DNA of 64,000 nucleotides from Massalongia carnosa (taxonomy: Eukaryota). This document shows positions 24,548 to 36,905 of this stretch, in pieces. Below the pieces are notes generated by a model. That model saw only the letters and a list, made by a program, of their open reading frames with translations, did not search any database and was not told the origin of the DNA. The position numbers and the translations under genes were made by a program. Numbering within the stretch: the first letter of the stretch is position 1; the number at the start of each line of letters is the position of its first letter. Where the stretch lies: the NCBI GenBank assembly GCA_965645245.1, contig OZ287079.1, positions 1 through 64,000 of the forward strand. The letters run 5' to 3'.

Positions 24548-27500
24548 TTATTTAGTCCTCTTTGTGCGTCGTCCTGTTTCTTTCGCTAATGAGGGAGTCC
24601 TAGTGGCCTGAGGGGTGGACTTTGCTGTTGGCTTGGTAGGATTTTTCTCATGAAATTCCCTCAATAGCTTTCGTAGATGTTTGACGCCGGCGACGGGCTC
24701 CCATGTGTCTTCCGCGTCGGGATAACCTTTCCAATGCACTAGATAATATAATCCAGCCGGTCGTCCGTCTTCTGCTTCTTTTGCATAGACTGCACTATCT
24801 CGTATGCACTCTACTTCATACTCTTGCATGTCATCGTCTTCGAATTCAAGCTGTTCAGCCATTTGTTCGTCTACTACCTCCCTTCTGGTGGTGTCTCTTT
24901 CCGGCAGAGACACATGAAAGACTGGGTGTATTTTCCAACTTTTCGGAAGTTCTAGCTCGTAAGCTTGAGTGCCTACAGGCCTCAACACCTTAAAGGGACC
25001 CAAGAACTTATGCTCAAGCTTCTTGTTCCTTTTCGTCTTAATATGTTTGCTGTTTAGCCAAACCATATCATCGGGAGCGTAGCAACGTTCTTTCACCGTT
25101 CTATTGTGATATTTGGCTTGATTGTCTTGGGCTAATTGCAGGTTATTTTTCAACTCTGCTAACAAATCGCGTAGATTTTTAGCCTGTTCCTCAGCTGTCT
25201 TCGACTTCGATCGAGGGTCTTGGTTATCTTCATAACTCATCCTTGGGTGGTAGCCTATATTAGCCTCGAACGGGGTGAGCTTGGTGCTTGAATGACGGGT
25301 GTTATTGTATGCAAATTCAGCGGTAGGGAGCCATTGCACCCAGTCATCTTGCTCGAAACGGCAGTAAGACCTAAGGTAAGCTTCCATGGTACTATTTTGA
25401 CGTTCTGTCTGACCGTCTGTTTGTGGATGGAAGGCTGTGCTTAGCCTACGCTTTATCTTCATGTAATAGCATATGGATGACCAGAAGTTTGATGTAAATA
25501 GCGAGCCCCGATCGGTGACTATGGAGTCAGGTAGGCCGTGATACTTGAACACGCAGTGCCTTAGCACTTCAGCTAACTGTTCAGCAGTCAGCGTTTTCTT
25601 CACTGCCTCATAGTGCACCATCTTGGTGAGCCTATCAACGCCGACTAGGATGGAGTCATAATCAACTCCCCTCCAGTCCTTACTCTTAGGTAAGCCAGTG
25701 ACGAAGTCCATCGTAATGTCCTTCCACTTATGAGTTGGTATAGGCAACGACTGCAAGTTTCCATAAGGCTTATGCCTCGTAGCTTTGCTACTCATGCAGA
25801 CGTCGCAACCCTCTACATAGCGTGCTATGTCTGACTTCATCGATGGCCAGTAGTACTTTCTACTCACTAGCTCAATCGTCTTGTCTTTCCCGAAGTGCCC
25901 TGCCAGCGGATCATCATGATTTAACTCAAGAATTTCTCCTCGTAAGGAGGCTGGGATGTAGGCCTTTCCTTCATGGAATAGACAGTGGTCCGAGTCCGAC
26001 CATGGCTCGCTGGAGGGCGCCACCTCCTGTGTCCCCGACACGTCACTGTCTTTCAAGGTAGCTAACCTTTTCCGAACAGTGATAGCGACCTCGTCAACCT
26101 GTTGCAACTCAGGAAGACGCTCTAATACTCCCCTAGAAGCGGGTTGAGTATAAGGTGACTCGCGCTGTGCGAGAGAGTTTCGCAATGAACTCCAGTATGC
26201 CTTCACCTTCGGAACAACCAATGTTCCGCATGTTATGATCTTCCATATTTCACCGTGGTGAGACCCCGTCGGGCCAGAAGCATCATCTAACGACTCCCCT
26301 GACATTGCCCTCATTAGACAAACGCGTGCGTTCTTATCTGCTAGGGATGTCTGCAAAAGGTGGAGCGTTTTGCGGTTTTCAACCAGCACTTCGCCATCAT
26401 CATCGCCAGCGGTAGGAGGTCTTGACAGCCCATCGGCTGGGTTCCTCTTACCCTGACGATAATCGATGCGGATATTATACCTGGAAAGCTCTTGAGCCCA
26501 CCTTACTTGCCTGCCGCTTAGGCGCTTGGTATCCATAAACCTCGTAAGGTTATTGTGATCAGTCAACACGAGAATTTCGTGAGACGACCCCTCAAGGTAA
26601 TGTCTCCAAATTTTGAAGGCCTCGACTATCGCTAATAGTTCAGCATCATGGGTCTCGTAATTACGCTCAGCCGGTAGCATCTTGCGTGAGTAATAGGCAA
26701 CAGGGTGCCATTGTCCCTCGTCATCTTGCTGAGCCAATATGCCGCCAATAGCATAACCTGACGCATCGGTTTCCACGCGTACTGGTTTACTAGCATCGTA
26801 ATGCCTTAGTACCGGGGCCTCTATGAAAGACTTTTTCAGCTTCTCGAAAGCCTCTAGAGCTTCCTCCGTAAGGAACTCGCTTTCGACACCCTTAGGTGGT
26901 TTCTGTCTATGATTAGCGGGCTTTGTTTTCAGCATAGCGGTAAGTGGCCCTGCTATTTTACTGAACCCACGAATGAATCGTCTATAGAAATTCGCGAAGC
27001 CTATGAACACCTGTACATCGCGTACGCATGTGGGCCGTGGCCAATTTTGCACTGCTTGGATGCGATCTTTTCGCATATAAACACCCTTAGGATTGATGAC
27101 ATAGCCTAGGAATTCGACTTCGTCGGTGCTGAATCGGCATTTTTGTAAGTTACAAAATAAGCCATGCTTGCGGAGTTGTTCTAACACCCATCGCACAGCA
27201 TCTTCATGGGCCTTACCCTTCTGTTCGGTATAGATCAGTATATCATCCAAATAAACGATGCAGAAGACATCCAGTTTTAGTGCCAACGCTTTATTGATAT
27301 AGGCTTGGAAGGAGGCCGGAGCATTGGATAATCCGAACGGCATGACGCAGTATTCGAAATGGCCATATCGGGTGCGAAAGGCTGTCTTCCATTCGTCGCC
27401 TTTCTTAATTCTGATGCGATTATAGGCTGCAGTCAAATCCAATTGGGTGTACTGTTTGGCCCGTCCTAGTCGATCTAAAGACTCGCCTACTAATGGTAGC

Positions 27501-28477
27501 GGGTAGCGATTTTTAACTGTAAGATTGTTCAGACCCCTATAATCCACGCAGAGCCTCAGGGTACCATTTGCCTTAGGCACGAAGAGAATAGGAGCTCCAG
27601 CTGGTGAGGTAGATGGCCGGATAAACCCATTAGCCAGGTGAGCATCGAGGTAGGCCCTTAGCACTGTGAGCTCTGTTTCTGATAGGCTATAAATAGGTCC
27701 ATATGGAGGCTGCTTTCCATCCACGAGGTCGATCGCATGATCATGTAGCCCGTGCTCTGGTAGCTCGGCTGCACTATCTTCCGAAAAGACATCTGCGAAA
27801 TCCTTATAAGCCTCAGGGACCTTGATTTCTTGTACCTTCACTGAGGCTATTCTAGCTCGACGGCTTGAATGGATGTTATCTACACCTAGCGCCTTAGCAT
27901 GGACCACGTAGGTCGGTGTATCTTCTGATAACGCCTCTTCTATGAAGACTTCTGGTTCTATAATCTCTATCCGATGAGTAGTCATCAGGGCCGATTGAAC
28001 GCTTAGTTCTCGCCAATTCAGGGTCCTTGCTGACCAATCGATATCGGGATTGGCTAGCTGCAGGAATGGCATGCCCAACACGATATTATGAGGTATATCT
28101 GCTATTAGGAATGTTTCCTCAAAGAAACGTTGCTGACCTAATTGATCAGTTACCCCGAACACCAACAGACCCATGCCATGTGTCATGACTTGCTGGTGAT
28201 TAATAGCTTCCAAACTGACGCTGGAGTGTAACACTGTCAGAGCGCATATATTTGCGTAAGCTCTAGAAATAAGGTTAACTTCACTTCGGCTGTCAATTAG
28301 TGCTTTTGCTGTTTCTTTAGCGTGTGTTATTTCGTACTCTATGCAGGGTACGACTTCCAATGTCTTAGGACTTGCCGATGCCTTTTTGATAGTAGTCGCC
28401 GGTAGGGAGGCAGCAGCGGCGACTATGCTTTTTTTGGATGGGGACAGTCTTTTACCCAATGTTCGAGGGATCCACAA
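24548..28477 (-). CDS. Ty3 Pol (PR-RT-RNase H-IN-chromodomain)
   Basis: ALIDSRS (protease Gly altered), YLDD, TDASG, HHCC finger, integrase core, YLVHWKGY...TWEP chromodomain; overlaps gag across an A-run, consistent with ribosomal frameshifting. Confidence 0.92.
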   Translation of the reverse strand: MWIPRTLGKRLSPSKKSIVAAAASLPATTIKKASASPKTLEVVPCIEYEITHAKETAKALIDSRSEVNLISRAYANICALTVLHSSVSLEAINHQQVMTHGMGLLVFGVTDQLGQQRFFEETFLIADIPHNIVLGMPFLQLANPDIDWSARTLNWRELSVQSALMTTHRIEIIEPEVFIEEALSEDTPTYVVHAKALGVDNIHSSRRARIASVKVQEIKVPEAYKDFADVFSEDSAAELPEHGLHDHAIDLVDGKQPPYGPIYSLSETELTVLRAYLDAHLANGFIRPSTSPAGAPILFVPKANGTLRLCVDYRGLNNLTVKNRYPLPLVGESLDRLGRAKQYTQLDLTAAYNRIRIKKGDEWKTAFRTRYGHFEYCVMPFGLSNAPASFQAYINKALALKLDVFCIVYLDDILIYTEQKGKAHEDAVRWVLEQLRKHGLFCNLQKCRFSTDEVEFLGYVINPKGVYMRKDRIQAVQNWPRPTCVRDVQVFIGFANFYRRFIRGFSKIAGPLTAMLKTKPANHRQKPPKGVESEFLTEEALEAFEKLKKSFIEAPVLRHYDASKPVRVETDASGYAIGGILAQQDDEGQWHPVAYYSRKMLPAERNYETHDAELLAIVEAFKIWRHYLEGSSHEILVLTDHNNLTRFMDTKRLSGRQVRWAQELSRYNIRIDYRQGKRNPADGLSRPPTAGDDDGEVLVENRKTLHLLQTSLADKNARVCLMRAMSGESLDDASGPTGSHHGEIWKIITCGTLVVPKVKAYWSSLRNSLAQRESPYTQPASRGVLERLPELQQVDEVAITVRKRLATLKDSDVSGTQEVAPSSEPWSDSDHCLFHEGKAYIPASLRGEILELNHDDPLAGHFGKDKTIELVSRKYYWPSMKSDIARYVEGCDVCMSSKATRHKPYGNLQSLPIPTHKWKDITMDFVTGLPKSKDWRGVDYDSILVGVDRLTKMVHYEAVKKTLTAEQLAEVLRHCVFKYHGLPDSIVTDRGSLFTSNFWSSICYYMKIKRRLSTAFHPQTDGQTERQNSTMEAYLRSYCRFEQDDWVQWLPTAEFAYNNTRHSSTKLTPFEANIGYHPRMSYEDNQDPRSKSKTAEEQAKNLRDLLAELKNNLQLAQDNQAKYHNRTVKERCYAPDDMVWLNSKHIKTKRNKKLEHKFLGPFKVLRPVGTQAYELELPKSWKIHPVFHVSLPERDTTRREVVDEQMAEQLEFEDDDMQEYEVECIRDSAVYAKEAEDGRPAGLYYLVHWKGYPDAEDTWEPVAGVKHLRKLLREFHEKNPTKPTAKSTPQATRTPSLAKETGRRTKRTK

Positions 28478-29578
28478 TTATAGCAGCTATTTTTGTTATT
28501 GTCTTGTATCTCGGTCACAGTGCCTAGCGGAATGGCATTGCTATTGGTCGACGGCGCGCTAGTACCAGCCGGAGCCTCATTCCTGCCGCCTCGGCCTCTT
28601 CCGCCTCTATTGCCTCTTCCGTGGTGACTACCTCGATGACCTCTTCCGCCTCGACCTCCGCGAAGATTAGTTGGATATGGTTCTCGGCGGCCCTGATCGT
28701 TAGAAGCCGGGGCACCTTGCTCCCGCTTGGAGTAGCCTCTACCTGTTGATGATGGCAACACAGCCGCTCCCTCAGCTAGTTGTGCATCACTGATGAATTC
28801 CGCTATGGTAGCGGGATGTCGATGACCTAGTGCTAAGGAGTTCCGAATTATTGGTATGACTCCCGTACGAAGCTTCTGGACCATCTGTTCTTCGGTAATA
28901 GGATGTTCCGGATCTGCATCGGCTAATATTGTTCGTAGGCGTTGTAAGTAGGCCGCAAAGGATTGAACAGTATCATTGGGACGTTGTTGTGCATGATGGT
29001 ACTGCATCCAGGTTCGATCTTTGAAAACTTCTGTAGAGCCTAGTTGATTCATGAGGTTCTTTTTGAACTCCTTCCAGGTAAGATTCAGATGACCCCCTCG
29101 TGATAGTATCTCATGCCAATTGTCGCTAGGGGTGTCTCGAAGGTAGCTGCCTGCATAGGCTATACGACGATCTTGTTCCGTTTCAGGCATGCCACTAGTG
29201 TTAAAGACAGCCTCGCATTGTCTGGTGAATTCGAACAAGGTCTTATGGTCCTTGCCATAATACGGGTCGGGCGACTTAGCTTTGAGGTTATACCTGACAG
29301 ATCGTTCCATGGAGCGAGGACGACGAGACTCTCTTTCCTCGTGCAGTCGTTCTAATTCCCTTTCATTGGCAGCGAGACGGGTACTTTGCTGAGTCAACAA
29401 GGTGGCCTGGGCCTGCATGGCTGCTGTCTGTTCGGTCAAATGGGCCTGCATGGCTCTAATCTCGTCGATTAGCTGGTTTGGGTGGTGTTTGTTCCAGCGT
29501 ATCGTAGTCCAGTAGGTCATCACCCTGATTGGACGTGGGATTGGCCGAATTCTGGCCGCTTCGTCCTCGTGTGTTCAT
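28423..29578 (-). CDS. Ty3 Gag with CCHC knuckle; probable 1-nt frameshift near 29480
   Basis: CYNCGSLEHWVKDC, RGG-rich segment; the ATG at 29578 is out of frame with the main ORF. Confidence 0.8.
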
Positions 29579-29847
29579 TTTGACGATAAATAGTTTGAAT
29601 TGTTTGGACGGTAGGTGTGATAGGATTGAACTATCAACAGTCGGACCAAGCTATCCTAAGATATGGAGCTTTTAGAATTATAAGAGGGACAGTAGACACT
29701 AGTCCTTATGGGTTATAATGCTCAGTGTGACTGCTAATAGATTGGTAGGTGCTAAAGCTAAAAGCTGATTCCCTGAAGATGGGAATCGAGCTTTCTATAT
29801 ACCCCTTGGGGTCCTATTTACTAACTACTTGTCTGGTTACCTGTCTG

Positions 29848-29970
29848 CCTTGTTGCCTTCAGCTGAGGTCTAGTAGATAGCCTTGCTGCCTTCAGCTGAG
29901 GTCTAGCAGATAACCTTGTTGCCTTCAGCTGAGGTCTAGCAGATAGCCTTGTGGCCTTCAGCTGAGGTCT
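29848..29970. repeat. About four 32-bp tandem repeats inside the LTR
   Basis: ccttg.tgccttcagctgaggtctag.agata repeated. Confidence 0.85.
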
Positions 29971-31069
29971 CCTAGGCGTCCCAGGCCTCCCATGAGATCG
30001 AGGCTTATCTGAATAGCTTCAGTTGCTGCCTAACAAACTGGTAAGGCTGATTGCTGATGGCTTAGTATTGCTATCCGCCTTATCATGACTAAGCATCCAG
30101 ATTATCAGTCACCCGGTCTTCTTGGGTGAGTCATCCCAGGAGCTAGCGCAGTCCTGTATTGCCGCGCTATTACAATATAGGTGCCCCGCGCTAGGTACGT
30201 CACCGTACCTCCTCAGGCGCTCATGTATTGCGTCCGCTGGTTAGCAGTACTTAGTACCGCTGTAACACTGTAAAGGGATAAACTGGATGGTGGCGAACGA
30301 TAGAAGGATGAAACAAACAAAAAAATGACCGAATCAACAGAGCCTCACTGCGTCGATAAATAAATCGTCATGCCTATCAATAGCCGACTAGCTGTATGAA
30401 TGAAAGTGTCTATGATAGCTGTATTTTGATAGCAGTATGATCCGAAGCTGGATATCCCGAAAGATGAGAAGGAAAAGTGCGAGAAAAAGACTCATATAAC
30501 CGGAATGCCAAGACGCCAGCACCCGACCACCTGACCAATCACATACTCATTACCTGACTTGCCACCGACCCGGTGGAGTTCCACTCCACCCCTCTACTAC
30601 ATATATTTAATATCCAGTTTGGTTGAATCTTCAGGATTGTACCCATTGTTGCGAGATTTCTTTCCATATCAATTGATAGAAGATGTGCTGACGCCGGTGA
30701 TCTTTGCGATCTCTTTAGTACTGATGCCGGCCTCAGCTAAGCTCAAAGCTTGCAATCTGAGATCAGTTGGATTGCATAATTGCCTTCGAAGACATGATTT
30801 TAATTCAGTTATGTAAATAGCTTCAACAATTTCATTTTTAGACGTTTACAATATTTGCAAATTCAAGCTATAAGGTAAAAATTAAGGAAAACTTCATCCC
30901 TGCATACAAATTTGCAGGGGTATAAAAATTTACTGAAAGCCTAAAACCTAGCTGCAGATTTTAGGGGGGACGTAGAATTAATTGTGTCACACTCCGTATA
31001 CACCCTTACTTTAATGATTACCTTTACACTCGTTTGTGGTTACGACAATATCAAATAGAATCCATACAC

Positions 31070-31671
31070 TAGCCCTCTTCGAGTCCCGGCCTCAATCCTA
31101 TCGAGTACATGTGGAAAGGCTGTAAACAGAAGATCAAACGATATCTCGTTTAGTCACGAATGCAAGGAATATACTCATAGCAGGAACGAACGAATGGAAC
31201 GATTTGGTGCTGAAGAATAAGCATGTGAAATGGATCAAAACGATGCGGAATCGTTTTCGGGCTTTGATTAAAAATCACGGCTTTTTCACCAAATATTGAG
31301 TGAGTTAAAAGGAGACTCTGGTTGCAGGTAATCGCATTGACTATATAGCTATCTGAAAGGAAAAGAGCAGACTTTTCACCAAAGGGCAAAGCACGCTAAA
31401 CCTAAAATCTTCCTAGAGAAGATTGGACTACCCGCTATCCACGCAGTGAGCCCAACAAGCCATTATAACCATAATCGCAACCGCCATCCAACAGAGTGTA
31501 AAATATGCCTCAAATTTTCAGATTTACTAGTTCATACGTACATCTGACTTCGCTATCAATTGTAAAAATAATCATGTTGAACTGAAGGTGTAATATTTTT
31601 GATTGTTGAGATTGACAGATCGATTTTGATTTTCTCGCTTAATCCGTCAATACTCTTCACCCGAACCTTCG
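31070..31671 (+). mobile_element. 3' remnant of a Tc1/mariner element of the same family as 35557-36905
   Basis: Matches the transposase C-terminus (LNPIEYMWKGCKQKIKR) and 3' TIR aatccgtcaatact.ttcacccgaacc, followed by TA. Confidence 0.85.
31303..31493. mobile_element. 191-bp insertion, probable solo LTR
   Basis: Absent from the intact Tc1 copy; flanked by GAGTG duplication (31298-31302, 31494-31498); ends AGTTA...CAACA. Confidence 0.6.
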
Positions 31672-31673
31672 TA

Positions 31674-31872
31674 CGACTCCTGTGTGTTGCGATGACAACG
31701 CCAGCACGGCCGAACTGTACGGATTAGGTGACCCCCTCTTTGATTCTCCAGACGCGAATATAGTACGCACCAGATATCATGTCTCGTCCGGGTGCTTTGG
31801 TACTGACCATACAGTATTGTCTTCGTCCACGGGCTCGGCGGCGACGGAGTGATAACCAACCTGGACATGGGA
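31674..31872 (+). pseudogene. Second, fragmentary copy of the 5' end of the SesB-like hydrolase gene
   Basis: Clear nucleotide similarity to about 47278-47475, including the intron and IVFVHGLGGD. Confidence 0.85.
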
Positions 31873-34800
31873 CCAAACGCTCCCAATGATGGCTTCACTT
31901 GAATCAAACCATAAGCCTCGCGGTTCAGGATTCCTCAATGACACCTTCAGAAAATTAGACAACCTTATCCTATCGGATTGCAGCAGCCCTATTACCCAAT
32001 TTCGCGCCACGGTCAATAAGCTTCGCACCTTCTCAAGCAAGCTAAGCCTGGACGAAAACTGGCTTATCTATCGCTTTTGTTGAACAAAAAATCAACCAGG
32101 CATACGGCAGCGGGATGCAGGAGAAGAGGGTCTAGGGCTATCAATGATAGGCAAAGAGAAGTGCTTGGCAAACGTGATGCAGGTACTCCGTATTTCCAGT
32201 GAAGATACTCCAAATTTAGCTATCTGCTGAACTGAATTCTGAACGACTGAATAGCTAAATTACATGAGGAATCACCGTCTCTTTATACTGCTTGAGGGCC
32301 TCCATCTCGGCCTATATCAAATGCATGAACCTGCTTCCTTTGAACCATTTCAGCTGGGCAAAATACACCTCGATGCTGACCGGAGACACCGAGACACTCA
32401 GTAATCATGAACAGCTGAATTGCCTCCGAAATGTAGCATTCTTGCTGCATACTTTTGCCTCCTCGTAATTGCCGAAGTCGTGCCGATATCTGAAGCTTTT
32501 CGCATATAGCATATGATTGCCTAATCTGGAAATTAGTAAGCAGGAGGCAAAAGAACCTCGGTCGCAAATATTCAGGTATCTCGGCAAATTCCAATACTCC
32601 CACTCCGAGTATCTGAATGGCTTCATACCCTCGCATGCCCAAAAAAGAATTAAAAGAAATCCTCCGCGTTCTGCCCATCTGAACACGATGCTCAGGTAGG
32701 CCATGGGCCCTCGTGGGCCGATGTGGTTGCGATAAACTATCGCTAACTCTCTAGGTTTCCTTCATACCTAGTAGAGCACGTCCGCGTTCAAAAGCCGCCT
32801 TGGTCAAAGGCTTTGTTAGAATATCAGCTGCCATCTCGTTGGTGGGAACATAGCTGATTTGGATAAGTCCATCCTCCACTACCTCGCGAATGTAGTGATA
32901 TTGCACATCGATGTGCTTCGTACGTGAGTGGTTTTCGGGGTTTCTGACGAGTGCAATGGCCCCTTGATTATCACACCGAAGTTCGATGGCTCCTCTCTCT
33001 CTAATCCCAAGTTGCTGTAGCCAGCGACCTGCCCAAACGAGCTGTTTTGAAGCCTGGCATTGCGAAACGTATTCGGCTTCAGTGGTTGAGGTAGAAACAG
33101 TGCGTTGTTTCTTGCTGGTCCAGATGCATGCTGAATTTGCAATAAGCAAAGTCATGCCATGTGTGGATTTTCGATTTTCCGAGGAATCGGCATAAGCCGC
33201 ATCCGCGTACCCTATGGGGGTGTTGCCTTTCGGGCTAGGGCCATAGACTAGGCCTAAGCTTGCAGTGCCTTTCAAATACCTAATTACTCTATCCAGCGCA
33301 ACTCGATGCTTTACACCTGGATCATGACTGAATTGACTTAACTTGCCAATTGCAAAGGCTATGTCAGGTCTGGTACTTGTCATGGCATACATTAGACTTC
33401 TTATCCTTTTCTGATACTCCAGTTGGTCGGTCCTGGGTTCCGTGGGGGTGGCGGCAGTCAGTGCTGCATATCCATCAATAGGAGTTGAAACTGGGTGTGC
33501 ATTTTCCATCCCATATTTCGAAATGAAGTTGTTGATGTATACTGACTGATCTAGTGTTAGATTTCTACATTTTCGGTTCCTCCGCACTCGCATTCCCAGG
33601 ATATGGTCCACCTCTCCCAAATCCTTCATCTTATACTCCCGTTTTAGCTGTGCCTTGACTGCATTGATGCGGGATATTTTAGCGGCAAAGATGAGAAGAT
33701 CATCGACGTATACTGAGATAATGACGCCGGCTTGGAGGTTTATGAACACACAATTGTCGGCTGAGATTGGTTCGAATCCAATGGATCTCAGATACCTTCT
33801 GAACTTTCTGCTCCAGATTCGGCCGGATTGCTTGAGACCATAAAGGCCTTTTTGCAGTAGAAGGGCCTTATTTTTTCCGTTCGGAACATCCATTCCCTCT
33901 GGTATTTCCATGTAGATTTCTTCTTCCAACTCACCTTCTAAATAGGCATTTGAAACGTCCATTTGATGTGCTTCCAGGTTCAGTAACGCAGTAATTGCCA
34001 TTAACATTCTCAGAGATTCGAACCTTAAGGTGGGTGCAAATGTCTCTTCGTAATCAATGCCATATTTCTGACTGAAACCTCTAGCACAAAGTCTGGCCTT
34101 GAACCGCTCAATAACTGCGGCGGATGTGTATTTGATTTTGAGCACCCATTTCGAAGTTATTAGCTCACGGTTTTTCGGCCTCGGCACGATGATAAACGTG
34201 CGTTTCCACCGCAGCGCTTCCAGCTCTTCTTCCGTTGCCCCCCTCCATTCACGGCGATTTGGTCCAGTCATGGCTTCCTTATAGGTAGCCGGTTCAGGCA
34301 ATCGAGCTATATAAACGATAGCCATTGGTGCTTTTGACTTATCAAATGCCTTGGAGTCATACGGCTTTTTCGTGCGTCTTGACCGGGAAGATGCTGCGGA
34401 AACAAGCTGTTGATTTTTTGGTGGGAGCGTGGCTTTCTGCCCCCTTTTTGAATTCTGTGCTGGCTCTGGCGAATTTCGCCCAGTAGTCGGCAGACCTTCG
34501 AATTCTGGCGCTCGGATTTCAGTTTCCGAGGTCTCGTTTCCTTCTTCTTGATTTCCCGGAGTTTCGCGATTTCCGGGAATATCGCCTTCATTCAGTGAGG
34601 GATTCTCTGCACCCTCAATACTTTCTCCGGGAACATTATCGCCTAGAACTATTGCGTCGTCATTTTCTAGGTTTGATGTTCCCTGAAACTCTAAGGCTGT
34701 CTCAGGGTTGGTAAGTTTGTGCGTAGGAACTCCTTGTTCCTCATCCGGTTCGTAGTCCGAATCTGCAACATCTAACTCCCACTCACCCGGTTCCACTGGT

Positions 34801-35556
34801 GCGTTCAGTAAAGGGCCTCCTGGCCAATCCTCGAAAAACTTCACTGAGGTATGTACTCCCACTGTTTTCGTATCAGGATTATGCACCTTATACTGTCTTG
34901 ATGACCGGAATCCAACGAGAATTCCCTGATGGGATACCTTATCCATATTCGCACGAGTTTCGCTAGGAACGTGCACGTGTACGAGGCATCCATAGGTCCT
35001 TATATGGCCTACCTCTAGCTTCTTCTGGTGCCACATCTCATATGGGGTCTTCATATCAAACCGCTTCGACGGAAGCCGATTCTTCAGATAATTGGCAGTC
35101 AGTACTGCGTCCCCCCAAAATGACCTAGGCAACCCAGACCACATCTGCATCGCTGATACCATCTGCATCAGCGTTCTATTGAGTCTTTCTGCAACCCCAT
35201 TCTGCTCAGGGGTATAGGCCGTGGTAAACTCCACCACTATTCCTTCCGGCAATATCGTTCTAGTCAGTTTTTCATACTCCAAAGCGTTATCACATCGCAA
35301 GGTCCTGATTCGCTCCCCTGTCTCGATCTCGGCACGATTTTTGAACATCCGAAAGAGCTTTTCTAGCTCGCTCCTGGCCCCGAGGTAAACATCCGAGTAG
35401 CCGGTGGCTTCGTCGGTGAAGGACACAAAATACTTGGTCCCCTGGTTATTGGGCACCCGATATGGACCCCAAAAGTCTGAATAGACTCGTTCCAGACGGC
35501 GGGTAGCCCGTTCTGGTGGGTTTCGGTTGATTATTCGAGTCATTTTCGTCTGAGTA

Positions 35557-36905
35557 CTAGGTTCGGGTGAAAAGTATTGACGGATTAAGCGAGAAAATCA
35601 AAATCGATCTTTCAATCACCTCCACAATCAAAAATACTAAACCTTCAATTCAACACGATAATTTCTACAATTGATGTCGAAGTCAGACGTATGTATGTAG
35701 TAGTTGATCTGAAAATTTGAAGCATGTTTTACACTCAATACTTGGTGGAAAAACCATGATTTTTAATCACAGCCCGACAACGATCTCGTATCGTGTTGAT
35801 CCATTTCAGATGCTTATTTTCCACCACTAACCCGTTCCATTCGTTCGTTCCTGCTATGAATATGTCTTTTGCATTCGTGACTAAACGAGGATATCGTTTG
35901 ATCTTCTGCTTGCAGCCCCTCCACATGTACTCGATGGGATTGAGATCAGGACTCGAAGGGGGCCAGGTCATGACCTCTATCTGATGTTGTCGTAGCCACA
36001 AACGAGCCTCTTTGGAATCGTTAATGCTCGCATTGTCTTGCATGAAGATAGGACGGTGGCCTTGTGCTTTGAGAGCTTCGTACCAAGGAAAAAGGCATGG
36101 TTCCAAGATCTGATTGATGTAATCAGTGGTGGTTATCGAGTCCTTCAATAGGTCTTTGTTTTTCCCCCTCTTCATCTTCTTCAAAGTCTTCTTAAACTCC
36201 ACCAATTCGCTGGCCTGCTGTCCACATATGCCTCCCCAAACCATGACTGACTGTCGACCCGAGTGCTTAAAGCTATTCAGACAATCAGGACAGTACTTTT
36301 CCCCTGACCTTCGGGTAACGAACTGACGAGCTCTCTGTCCCGTTTCAAACGTGCTCTCATCGATAAAAATAATACGCAACCAGTCTTCTTCTTGCCAAGA
36401 CAGATGCTCTCGTGCCCATTTGAGACGTTTGCGACGATTGATCCAGGAAACCAGGGGCTTGGGACAGGCCACACAGCGACGAAAGCCTGCTTTTCGAAGC
36501 GCCTTTCGAATAGTCGACATTGAAGCTTGAATTCCAAGATCTTTGGCTATCTTCATGTAGGATGCTTGTCTACCATCTTTAGAACTCGTCACTGCACGCA
36601 CAAGATGTCGCACGTCTCTGGGGTTGAGTTTGACAGGTCGTCCCGAGCGAGGATGTGCATCGTGCCGAGGCTCTCCAGATTTGATCCATCTTCGCACAGT
36701 TGGTGTGGGTACACCAGTTGCTCTAAATATTTGAGCAGCTGGCATATGACTGTCATGATATAGATCTAGTACTCGCTGACGTGTGGGAGTTTCCCATTCG
36801 GAATTGGGCTGATGGGAGGGGTGATTCATGATGATGATGTGGAGAAGAGGAGGGGAAAAATGCAAAATAAGCGAAAATCCGTCAATACTTTTCGCGCTAA
36901 CCTCG
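35557..36905 (-). mobile_element. Tc1/mariner DNA transposon, DD34E
   Basis: 30-bp TIRs (26/30 identical), TA TSD at 35555-35556 and 36906-36907. Confidence 0.93.
35735..36829 (-). CDS. Tc1 DD34E transposase, open frame
   Basis: HTH N-terminus, FIDES, QDNA-(34)-SPDLNPIE; usual His after the second Asp is absent. Confidence 0.88.
   Translation of the reverse strand: MNHPSHQPNSEWETPTRQRVLDLYHDSHMPAAQIFRATGVPTPTVRRWIKSGEPRHDAHPRSGRPVKLNPRDVRHLVRAVTSSKDGRQASYMKIAKDLGIQASMSTIRKALRKAGFRRCVACPKPLVSWINRRKRLKWAREHLSWQEEDWLRIIFIDESTFETGQRARQFVTRRSGEKYCPDCLNSFKHSGRQSVMVWGGICGQQASELVEFKKTLKKMKRGKNKDLLKDSITTTDYINQILEPCLFPWYEALKAQGHRPIFMQDNASINDSKEARLWLRQHQIEVMTWPPSSPDLNPIEYMWRGCKQKIKRYPRLVTNAKDIFIAGTNEWNGLVVENKHLKWINTIRDRCRAVIKNHGFSTKY

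Larger units (their letters stand above)
24057..30174 (-). mobile_element. Ty3/gypsy chromovirus no. 1; 3' LTR truncated by the AcademH-like element
   Basis: 5' LTR about 29726-30174; matching partial LTR 24057-24170; polypurine tract at about 24175-24186; gag and pol ORFs. Confidence 0.92.

Noticed and set aside
24372..24548. Roughly 60-bp imperfect direct repeat after pol
   Set aside because: Ordinary 3' UTR duplication in a retroelement; no sign of separate function.
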